Part shown: positions 12,241-23,700 of the stretch, piece by piece
Layout of the letters: every line of letters begins with the position of its first letter
How positions within the stretch are numbered: the first letter of the stretch is position 1
Origin: Azolla caroliniana
Taxonomy: Eukaryota; Plantae; Polypodiophyta
Reading direction: 5' to 3'
Assembly: GCA_043228905.1 (NCBI GenBank)
Contig: JBHGNT010000004.1
Span: 7,378,001-7,442,000 of the forward strand
Length of the DNA: 64,000 nucleotides
Notes under the pieces: model-generated
What the model was told of the DNA's origin: nothing
The model's database searches: none
The model's input: only the letters and a program-made list of their open reading frames with translations
Made by a program: the position numbers and the translations under genes

Positions 12241-15110
12241 AACTATCTACTTTCATCCTCTTGAATCCTTTTCACAGTGCATACCTATACCTTAATCACT
12301 ACTTGTGTTGTTTGCTAAACTTACTAATAGTTCCTCAATCTTATTCCGCAACATCAACTACAATACTCTACAACATTATTAGAGCGACTTGCAGTTCAGC
12401 AACCACAGTAACATAAATATGAGAAGAGAAGAAACGGCTAAAGGAAAGGACCAGGTCAACAAATCTCACTTCCAATAGAATATGGCCTCAACATCTGCCA
12501 CATGAGTAGAAAGTTCGACAGGAAAAACTTTTCCCTATGGAAGGAGACGATGTAGGATGTACTGATCATCCAACGTCAAATCGAGACAATACGAGACAAC
12601 AATAAGCCAGTCTCGATGACAACAAATGAATGGCGCTCCCTAGATGGAATAGCTAGGTTGACCATCCGAATACATTTGACCAAGAACGTCTACTTCAACA
12701 TGACCAAAGAGACGTCAACATTTGCCTTGTGGGAGACGCTTGAAGCCATTTACGAAAAGACGTCCTCATCAAAACTCATACTAATCAGGCAACTATTCAA
12801 TATGAAGATGAGAGAGACCGATCTGGCGAGCTCCCACATCAACACCTTCAACCGGGTGTTGTCCGAACTCTTCTCCCAAGGGATTAACTTCGAAGAAGAA
12901 GTTAAAGCTCTTGCCCTCCTTCCAAGCTTGTCGATTAGTTGGGAGGTGTTCTATATGACTTTTGCCAATAGTTGTTCGAATCTAAATCTAGACCAGACGA
13001 TCAAACAAGTCCTCATTGAGGATATTTGGTGAAAATCGATGGGACTCACCATCGATGAATGGGTTGAAGCCCACTACTTGACCAAGAGTATTGGACGAAC
13101 CACCTGATCGAGAGAACAAGCTGAAAGGACAACTCAAAACACTAGTCGACTGAGAAGAAGGGAGGATTGATAACAATCGAAGTCGAGGAATAGCCGATCA
13201 AGTGATTTCTGTACTCATTGCATAAAGACTGGTGACAAAGTTTCTGACTATTGGTCGATAAAGAAAAAGGAGAGTGGACGGTGATTCGAGCAGAATCTAG
13301 GACAGTTTGGCTCGGACCACTCTCGAATCGGCAACCAAATCCATGTTGCCAAATCTTGATCGAGAGAAATTCTCTCCCTGGAAGACTCGTTGATCGATGA
13401 AGTCCTATACAATGCACAAGATGGACAATCACGGTTGCTGGACTCCGGCACCACATTTCATGTGAACCCAAACATTGAATAGTTTTTGGACTATTCAGCC
13501 GGAACCAACGACACAATTTGACTAGGCAACGGATAGGAGAGCGTAAACCCATGGATTGGAAATGTCTCCATTCAATTGCCAAATGGAAATTATACTATCA
13601 CCTTGCATTGAGTCTAGCGCATACGCGAGCTAAGGAGTTTGGTCTCCATCGACATGTTAGCTGAAGCCTGGTACCGAACGACTCTCAAGTGAATATGAAA
13701 ATTGGTTGCGGATAAAAGCACAACAATTTGTATCCATTGATGGCGATCAATCTAGAAGGGGCTTAGAATGTAGTTGATTCATCATAATCAAACTTATGGC
13801 ATGGCGGACTCGGCCATATGTTGCAAGCTAGATTGGACCGACTAATGACGATCAGCTACATCCCCAAACTCTAGACAAATACGGACTTCTGCGAGCATTG
13901 TCATTATGGGAAACAGACCCGAATTCTGCACTCTCTCCACTATGAGACAATACGACAACCCTTAGAACTGGTCCGCACTGATATATGTGGGCCGATGCCC
14001 GAAAGGTCACTATGAGGCTCCCAATACTTCATCGCTTCATAGATGAATGTACACAGAAGGTCTTGGCCTACTAAATTAGGCTGGAAGATGAAGTGCTCGA
14101 GGTCTTCACTCGATGGTTAGCCGAAGTGGAGTACTGATCACAACATAGAGTGAAGACACTTTGATCCAACAACGGAGGCGAATATACCCCCTTGAGCCTT
14201 CAAACAATATTTGTCCGAAAAAGGGATCTAGCACCAAAAGACTGTTCCCCACACTCCCATGTAGAATGGTGTGGTAGAAAGGATCAACCGAACGATCCAA
14301 GAGAGAGTGATGGAAATGCTCCAACAATCCAAACTAAAGCTGGAATTCTAGGCCGAAGCATTGCAGACAACAATATACTTGATAAATATGTCGTTGTCGA
14401 GAGGAATACGGCTGAAAGTGCCACGAGCACTATGGTCAGGCAAACAATCGACCTACGACAGGCTTCGTATATTTGGATGCAAAGCTTATGCACTCATCCC
14501 AAAGGACAAAAGGACCAAGGTGGCTCCCCATGCACTTAAGTGCATATTTCTCAGTTATGGAACTAATGGGGACTTTGGCTATCGGCTATGTGACCCAAAG
14601 AACCGGAAATTTATCTAGAGTAATGATGTCTTCTTCAATGAAGACTCAATTCCCTTTGAACGGAACCAACCGAAAATTGTCAGCAAAAATCTCTCCTTCG
14701 ACATCGACATAGATGTCTTAGAAGGACCAACCCACCAGGTTGAATCAGAGATTTGACAAATAGTCGGATTCGACCGAGCTAATGATCCCCCTGCCGAATC
14801 CAAATCAGCAAGAAGTCCACTAGCCAAAATCGATTTGACCAGAAGATTGACAAGAGCCGAAAAGGACAGAGTTGAATCCATCAACTCGCCAAAATAGGCT
14901 AAGGTGCCGAAAGGTAGAGCCGAACCAGTCAAGGCACCTATCTCTCTATCAATCGATCTCGAAGAAGAGGAGGATGAGTCGACATCGCCAAAATCCTATT
15001 GCAGGGGCGAGTTTTCCAAAAGGCCTCTTGAAGAGCATTCAAGTAATGTTGATAAGCTGACAATGCCAATTGAAGAATCCGAACCGACCAAATCGACTAC
15101 GTCTAAGTTT
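12096..15110 (+). mobile_element. Decayed Copia 5' half: LTR end, degraded PBS, gag and integrase
   Basis: TATA (CTATATAAG ~12121), (CT)n tract, LTR end CTACAACA at ~12376 followed by TTATTAGAGC (degraded PBS). Gag (KLILIRQLFNMKM) and integrase (YDRLRIFGCKAY...CIFLSYG). Confidence 0.8.
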
Positions 15111-15179
15111 TACCAACTGGGCATCGACTACCTTGTAGTAGTGTGTTTCGCACACTACGTGAAATATGTATAGAGTGCC

Positions 15180-15741
15180 TAATTGAATAAGTACAAAGAA
15201 ATAGAAGAAAATATTAAAACATATAAGCAAGATTTGAACCATGTACCTCCGTGTTAACAATTTCAAACCTTACCATTGTACTAACATTTCATGAGTGTTT
15301 AAAGAATAGATTTCAATATAAAAGGTTATCCACATGCATATTTTCTAGGAAAAGCTACTCATGCATATCTAGCGTGCATGAACACTATAGTTAGGGGGGA
15401 AAAAAGCTTGATCGAAAAAGCTACTCATGCACATCTAGTGTGCATGAACACTTTTAGTAAAAGCATCATAGAAAAAGCTACCCATGCATATCTAGTGTGC
15501 ATGAAAACTTTTCGAAAAAGCATGATAGAAAAAGCTACTCATGCACCTCTAGTGTGCATGAACACTTCAGTTAGAAGAAAAAGTATGAGGCTTGCCATAC
15601 TTAGCCTCTCCAATCACTATATAAGGAGGGAAGCAAAATGTAATTGGGGTGTGGAAATTTTGGGTTCTTTCTTGGGAAAATTATTAGGGTTTCTAAATAG
15701 TAATAAAATACATCCATTATACTCATGGGATTCACAAGTTT

Positions 15742-15787
<46 letters not shown>

Positions 15788-16157
15788 AATCTATTCATAT
15801 TCTTATCTGACTTAAAATTCTCCTCCTAGTCCAAAACCTCAGCGGTTTCCACCCAACTCACGCAACAATCCGGCGCCAAAAGGCACAACACATTTGGTGA
15901 ACCCGACATGAAGACGGGTGGAAAGGAGATGGAGAATCATCAAGAGGCCAACAACATGATGATGATGTTTGAGCAAATGCTGCAAGAACAATGGGCGATG
16001 CCAAAGGTTGCGGCGGTTATAGCACGGCTCATGGAACGGAATGGGAAATTCACTGGAAAGGGCGTGTCACGTTATCTATGGGACTACAAGGCAGAGATGC
16101 TATGATGCAAGATATCGGACGGGTTGCAAGTGAAATCCTTCAATCCGGTGGCTATGG
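15180..16157 (+). mobile_element. Gypsy fragment: 5' LTR end, tRNA-Trp PBS and start of gag
   Basis: TATA CTATATAAG at ~15617, LTR end CACAACA at 15890, PBS TGGTGAACCCGACATGA at 15895-15911. Gag NGKFTGKGVSRYLWDYKAEM resembles IGRFNGKNATSYLEAYRAEM of the 18198-19004 ORF. The left boundary is approximate. Confidence 0.75.
15349..15570. repeat. Four ~57-65 bp tandem units (GAAAAAGCTACYCATGCAYMTCTAGYGTGCATGAA) in the LTR U3 region
   Basis: Units at ~15349, 15414, 15471 and 15528, also visible as repeated EKATHA in ORF 15378-15815. Confidence 0.85.
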
Positions 16158-16470
16158 TTTCGTGAAGTACGAAAGCTTCACATTAAAAGTCTAGAATAAG
16201 ATAAATATGTAGCTAAAATAAAATATCTTGATAATGTTTTATAAAGATAATATTAACAACACACTACAATAATATTATACATTATATGTAAAGGCAAATA
16301 AAAAATATATATATTATATTACATGGACAAGAGAGGACTTGAACCAATCAACCCCACCTTATGACTCTTAAACCTTACCATTTACCCTACACTTATAATA
16401 TATATAAAATTCTATGTCTTGTTTTATTTGAAGTAGTATTATATGGTTTAAACTATAAAACCATATAATG
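16158..16470. mobile_element. Probable AT-rich LTR fragment of the TGTCGTG family interrupting gag
   Basis: Gag similarity stops at ...ATGG|TTTCGTGAAG, one mismatch from TGTCGTGAAG, with an abrupt shift to AT-rich sequence. Confidence 0.45.
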
Positions 16471-19400
16471 TACTACATGTGCGCCATATAGCATATTACA
16501 TTGGCAAGAAAGGACTTGTATCCACGCAAGCCGTTCGGTCCGACTCGACCCTTTCTCCAAAGTCAATAATGACTTCGTACATATCCACCGAGGTAACTAG
16601 ATCCGTTCGGTCTTCACTAAGGCCTTCTTCGACCACACCGCGTAATTCCCCCAAGGTGTCATCGAGGGAGACCGCCTCCAAGGCCGAGGACACCGCACGC
16701 CCTGAATCTTTCCTCCGCCCGCTTCTTTTCCAGGCCGCTGATGCCGGCTATAGTACAACCTTCATTATCGAAGAACCAAAATTTCCTATCTATGGTACAT
16801 GTGTGGGGTTTCCCCGAGGTTTCCGGACTACCGTGGCCCCACGCCTTGATATCCCTCTCTAAAAATTCCCTCAGCTATGACGGCCAAGGGTCTCGCGGTT
16901 ACGCTCATGATTCAGCCTCAACATCAGAAATTGAACGGAGTGATGCCCGTCCTGGCTCTTCACGCGCGCGTATGCCGAACCGTTGTCAAGCACCTTCGTT
17001 TCCATGCGTGCCGCCGTAATGTACGGTTTTCCGAGTATCACAGGGTCCGAGGATGTCTCCTGCATAAAGAAGTGTTGATCTATCTCGACGTCGTCGATCT
17101 TTACGCATACATTCGGGCACGCACCATGCAGCTCCTCCGTAGCGCGCGTCGCCGCGCGTATCTTCCACCCGTGCTTGGTGTTGATCAGCCATTTCCCTTT
17201 CTTATAGAAATCCATGGACATCAGGTTGATTTCGGATCCATGGTCTATCAATGCCACCACCGGCTCCGGAACATCCCCGATCCGAACAAGGGTCTCCGTA
17301 GTGGCTCTAGCCCAATGCAACTTCAAATAGTGGTTGTCTGCCAACTTGTCCTCTAGTGCCGTGTCTTCTAGGCGTGTTGTTCGCACCTCCACTGGCTTCT
17401 CCAGCTCCGGCTCCGTTGAGAGCCACTTACACTTTACCAAGTCTACAATGGAGTTGTGGAACTCCTTCTTGGCAATCCTGAGTACCTCCCGTAACGACAG
17501 CTCCACCTTGTTGTCGAGGATCCGTTCCTCAAGGACCTTTTGTAGGTCCATCGTTCGCTCGATTTCGATGCTTAGCCGGAAACCGGCCTACTTCTTTCTA
17601 TCTGGCGCGCCGATGTTGGCGGCATCATTCCGCTTCGGTCCGAACCGGTTCTCGTACCGTTGTGAGGGGCCGGCCCCTCCAGCCTTTCCCGCGTGCTTGT
17701 CTTCTACCAGAACCTTGTAGTTCTGGCATGCGGCTTCCACGAAGCCAGTCTTTTCTTGAATCGGATCATCCCAACCGGTGACCTCCCGAATCCGCTGCTC
17801 CGCGCGGTCCACTTCCTCTTTCCTCAACCGAACCTCGGATTGGCCTTCTAGCACTAACGGCTAGAATCCGGAGTCTTTCGCCTTTCGGCCCTCGTCTCCC
17901 CCAACCCGGATACCCGCCGACATAGAGTAGTGGACGGCCTTTGTGTGTCGCACCGAGGCTTCCTCCATCAACCGCTTCATTCCTCCGCACCCGGTATTCA
18001 ACTCAACGGGCTTTCCCAGTCTCGCTCGCATGTACCCGCCCATTCCAGAGGTACACCGCATTAGTCCTGAGTGCTTTTGCAAAATTCGTGCACTCCTTCC
18101 GGATGTGACTGACCGCGTCACACCACATGCACCGTTGCCCTGCCGGCGGCCTCTGGTCACAAGGTTGTTCGCCGCTGTCTCTCCGGGCCTGCACAATCTA
18201 GAGATCCCGCACCATTTGTGTCAGCTCTTCTAGAGCTGATCCCCCGAAGAGACCCTTGACCACTTCGGAAGGGCCCGCACCCGACTCCAGCCAAGTTCGA
18301 GTCTCATCTTTCCTTACCAATGCCGGCTCCTCGAACTCCCTTGCCGGGACTGACTTTGCTGCTCGCGACCCCTCGCCCCTCCATTCACACCCTTTGTCGA
18401 ACTGACTACAGACTTGTTTTACCACAACCCAATCTATCGTGAGCCCTTCGTCCGTCTCCAATAGGAGACCCACTTTCTCCCGATCCAACGCGTCCACCGC
18501 TTTGACGAATAGCAGGACCCGGCTCGTGTCGAGCACGGTCCGGTCTAGCGCCGACAACCGAGCGAACCATTTTTCAAATTCCTGGAGGAGCGCAGACGTG
18601 TTCCTCGCCTTTTCTGGGGTCTCCACCCACTCCATGAACTCTCGCTTTGATAGCCGAAGCAAGTCATCGAGCCCGTATTTCTCGAGGATCTGACCTTCAA
18701 ACTCTCCCCAGGTCCGACATCCAGCTTGTACCCCCAGCACCTTTGCGTGAATGCCTGGTGTCGCCACCTGAGGGAAACCGGCCAACCGCCTATCTTCTGG
18801 AATGTCCTTCATCACCATTTCGGCCCGGTAGGCCTCCAAATAACTCGTGGCATTCTTACCATTGAACCGGCCTATTGCGCTGACAATCGCTTCAATGGCC
18901 TTGTCTAGGGCGCCTGTGCCCTCGCAAGCGCTTACTATCCGATCAACTGTTGCCGCCATGGCTTCGGCGAGCTCCGATCCCCTCATCTTCAACTCCTCTG
19001 CCACCTTGCTTCACATATGGTTCACCAAATTTATGTCGTGTAGTTCCGGTCACGTGGGAGAAACTAAGGCGGGACCGCGGGGGTCTTGGATCGAGGGGTT
19101 TAAGAGATCAAAAGAGAGAGAGAGAGAGAGAGAGAGATACGCGAGTGTATCGCCGGCTAGGCCTGCTCTTTGCTGACAGTGTTACTGGCCGAATAAGACC
19201 TGAATGCGTATAGTCTCCGAACCTGATACACGCTCACCGGACAAGGTAGAGGGAACTCACGAGAACACAAGAGAGAGAAAACAGAAGTTTGAATTCGATA
19301 ACTAGCAAGGTTATAGTGTATGCAAGATTACGACCGGCAAGCCGGCAACAGACCCGACACAGAGAACCCACGCACACGCATACGACATAGAGAACGCGCG

Positions 19401-19796
19401 ATGGAGCCTTTGCTGGAAGAACGCGGGCTTATGCGCAACAGAGGCAACCGGCGCAGAAACAGAGTGGAGAGCAACGATAGAGGAGGAGAGAGCTCGATAC
19501 CCAATCCGATAGCACCTCCTCCTCGCCAAAACGTGATCCCTTCTTCTTCTTCTCCCCTCCCTTTTATAGGTCGCGGAGGAGGCCGTTACATCAAAACACA
19601 TCAACTTTATTCTTTGTTCTGTCGGACAGAGATACGCGTCGATTTCCTAGCCAATAAATATGTCACACCTAGTATATTTACATCAGCCATCCTATTCCTA
19701 GTTATGTACAATGTATCAATTCGTGCACACTTGTGCAAGGGTGGGTTCACGCCTTTAACTCCTTGATTCCTCTTAGGGCCGGTTTTCTTCATGACA
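16471..19796 (-). mobile_element. Gypsy 5' half: LTR, tRNA-Trp-type PBS, gag and protease (disrupted)
   Basis: LTR at 19034-19796 (TGTCGTG...CATGACA; its right ~240 bp match 62170-62409). PBS complement TCACATATGGTTCACCA at 19011-19027. Gag 18198-19004, zinc knuckle CMWCDAVSHIRKEC, aspartic protease ALIDHGSEINLMS. Confidence 0.88.
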
Positions 19797-20775
19797 GCGG
19801 TCTAATGTTCTCTTCCTGGATTGCTCATGAGCCTGCTGACCACTCCAACAACATATCTGATATTCTTCCGGGTAGACACCATTGCGTACATCAAGCTTCC
19901 GGCGGCAGAGGCATATGGTATCTTCATTATTTGTGACTTCTCCATCTTGTTCTTCAGACTTTGCTGTCCGGACAGCTTGTAGTTTGCCAGAAGTGTCAAC
20001 CCGACCGGCTTAGCATCCGACATGTTGAACCTTTGAAGCACCTTTGTCACGTTCTTTTCCTGTGATAGCCACAACTGCTTCTTCGACCGGTCCCAGATTA
20101 TTGTGCCTAGGATCTGTGTCGCCGGAACCATATCTTTCATTGCGACTGACCGGCTCAAAGCCTTCTTCAGCATTCTGAATTTTGTACGGTCCTGTCCGAC
20201 GATCAACATGTCGTCCACATACAACCATAGTATCAAGAAGTCTCCTCCGTCGAACTTCTTCACAAATACGCAATGGTCAGCCTGCGTCTTGTGGTATCCT
20301 TGGTCGTTCATGAAGGAGTCGACCTTCCGATACCATATCTAGGGAGCTTGCTTCAGTCCATATAACCTCTTCTTCAACCAGTGTACCAGGTGCTCCTTCC
20401 CTTTCCTTATGAATCCTTCCGATTGTTGCATGTAGATCTCTTCTTCGAGGTTGCCATGTAGGAACGCCGTCTTGACGTCTAGTTGCTCTACCTTGAGGTC
20501 CATGCTTGCCGCTATGCTCAACATAGTCTGGAGAGAGGCACATGCTAAGCTACCCAAGACGTTTTGGGCTGAGTCGCTAATGATAGCGACGTACGTGATA
20601 AACATATCACCCTCAACGCCCTTGGAAGGAGACTCACCGTAGAAAGTATGGAACAGTAAAGGCGTGTCTTACCGGCATCTGAAGGTTTTCAGCTGTCTCG
20701 CTCATGTGCATATTGCAAACATCTGGGGTTGCTTAGCATGCTCCAGACTCTCTCCATCATGGTCTGGTTCATCCG
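19797..20775 (-). mobile_element. Rearranged Tnt1-like Copia fragment (RT plus integrase pieces, with a short inverted segment)
   Basis: RT on the minus strand (LYVDDML, QLDVKTAFLHG). Integrase AHAKLPKTFWAE reads on + at ~20535-20720, and RMNQTMMERV on minus at ~20735-20775. Confidence 0.8.
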
Positions 20776-23700
20776 TGTGCGGAATAGTGCTCAGCCCCAA
20801 CTGAAACACAAACACTTTATGAAAGAACAAAAACAGAAATGGAGGTTCGTACACTTACACAGAAGAGACGACACGGGATGTTTACGTGGAAAGCCCTAAT
20901 AAGGAAAAACCACGAGAGCCCACAAACTCCAACTATCACTATACGAGAAAGGAGGTACAACAGGAGACTCTGAGGCAATGACCTCGAGCTCTATATCTTC
21001 GCAAACCGGCGACTTCACTTCTCTCTCTATATATATATACTACTATGATACAACTAACAACAAGAACAACAACACACTATAAAGTGATTGCCCTAAGTCA
21101 TATTTATACTTATATGACTTTAGGACTATTTACAAATATAGCCTTTACAGGCACACCAGAAGCATATTTGCAGATATGTCCCTGGATCCGGTTCACACCG
21201 GATCCATCCGGATATCTTCCGGTCTGGTCCGGTTGCTGCATCCAGTTCGGTTCCTTCCTTCGGCTTGTCCGATCCGGCTCCTCTGGATCACATCCGGATC
21301 CTATCCGGAGAGACGGAATCAATAAACTCCCCCTTCACTCCGTCATGGGATTTCTCATTAGTCTAATCCGTCTCCAGCATGTGTCCAGTTTGTCGGCTGT
21401 CAACACCTTGGTCAGCATATCCGACCCGTTCTCCTCCGTGTTGATCTTCGTGAGCACGAAATCTTGAACTTCAACCTTCTCCCGGAGCCAGTGATATCTT
21501 CTCTTGATGTGCTTGGTCCGAGAATGGTAGGTCGTGTTTTTAGCAAGGTGTATGGCACTCTACTTGTCACAATAGAGCCAATATTCTTCCTGTCGAATCC
21601 CTAGCTCTCCGATGAAGTCCTTCATCTAGATTACTTCCTTGCTGGCTTCCACAACTGCCATGCAGTCCACTTCCGTTGTTGGCAGTGCAACAAACTTTTG
21701 TAGCCTCGACTGCCTCGATACAGCCCCCCTGCATATGCCATGACGTATCCGGAAGTGAACCAGCAGGTATCCGCTTCAGCCAACATATCTGAATCCGTAA
21801 AACCTTCCAGTTGGGGTTTCCCTGAGCCAAACCAAAGGCACATACTCGAGGTGCCTTTCAAGTACCAGAGTATCCACTTCACCACGTTCTAGTGTTCTCT
21901 TCTTGGATTGCTCATGAATCAGCTAACTACTCCTACAACATAAGCAATATCCGGCCAAGTGCACACCATTGCATACATCAAGCTTCCGACGATAGAGGCA
22001 TATGGTATCTTCATCATATCCGACTTCTCTACCTTCGTCCTTGGGATTTGTTTTCCGAACAACTTGCAGTTCACCGGCAGTGTTGACTCAACTGGCTTTG
22101 CGTCTGCCATGTTGAACCTCTGAAGCACCTTTGTCACGTACTTCTCCTGTGATAGCCACAACAGCTTCTTCGACCGGTCTCGGATGATGTGCATCCCCAA
22201 AATCTGTCTTGCTGAACCCAAATCTTTCATTGAGAAGGTCTGGTTCAAGGCCTTCTTCAGCATTCAGATCTTGATTTGGTCTAGTCCGACGATCAGCATG
22301 TCGTCCACGTACAGAAGGAGTATTTGGAAGTTCTTCACAAACACGCAATGATCAGCTTGCGTCCTGTGGTACCCTTGGTCAGTCATGAAGGAGTCGAACT
22401 TCCGGTACCATTGCCGCGAAGCGTGCTTCAATCCGTATAAGCTTATCTTCAACCGGCACACCAGGTGCTCCTTCCCTTTCTTCTCAAATCCTTCTAGTTG
22501 CTGCATGTAGATCTCTTCCTCGAGTTCACCATGAAGGAACGTCGTCTTGACATCAAGCTGCTCGACCTCGAGGTCCATTCATGCTGCTATGCTCAATACC
22601 GTGGATGGATGTCATCTTTACAACCAAGGCGAATATCTCATCAAAATCCACACCTTTCTTCTGTTGAAACCCCTTCACCACGATATAGGCTTTGTACCTT
22701 GGTGGATTTTCGGCATCTCCTAGTTTCAGCTTGTACACCCACTTGTTTTGGAGTGCCCTCTTTCCTTTTGGTAGCTCCGTCAGCTCATATGTATGGTTCT
22801 CATGCAGGGAATCCATCTCATCTTGTATGGCACTCAACTACTTGCGGTCGTGGGTGTCTTTCTTTGCTTCTTCGAAGATTTCCGGCTCCCCTTCATCGGT
22901 TAACAGCACATGCTTTCCATCCAAAAATCTCCGGGGGCTCTTCTCTCTCTTAGAGGATAACTCTGTCCTTGATTTTCGACTACCAATTCCTCCATTTGCT
23001 CCGAATCCGAATCTGAATCCGATTCGGGGTCTTGTCCGGTTCCGGTGTCTTCTTCTTCTTTGTCTTCGGCCGGTTCGATTTCTTGTCTGAATTTGGTCTG
23101 TTCAGCGAGTGTCATATGGTTACCGGCTAACTTTCGGTTTTCAACCGAGTAAGTCCTTTTGTCCTCAAACCGATTTTCGGTGGTTGATCCGGAGTCCATC
23201 ATCTTCTTCTCTAACTCCGGAACACCTTCTTGTCGACCAGATCCCACACTCCGGAACTCATCATCGTTGTATCCAAGGAATATGCATGGTTGGGACTTCG
23301 GGTCCAACTTTGCTCTCTTGTCCTTTGCGACATGCACATATTGGAGACACCCGAACACCTTCAGATGCCGGTGTCGTGAAGATCCATCACTAGGCGCGGA
23401 TCGCGAGGCGGAACCGCCGGGGTTCTAGACCGGAAGGACTCGTAGTTTGCACAAGATTTAGCGGGAAAGGAATTAAGATAGATTGAAAGAGAGAGAGATT
23501 GAGATAAGATAGAACGCTTGATTTTAGATTGAGAGAGAGATTAAGAAATCTTGACTTTAGATTTCAAGAACAAGGTATATCATCAAAAGGATAACGAATT
23601 TTCTTCTTAATATTAATTTTGATTTAAAGTACAAAGCTTTCTTTTCCCCAAGAAAATCCCCCATTGATCTTTTTCATTCCCTCTTTTATAGATGCCCTCA

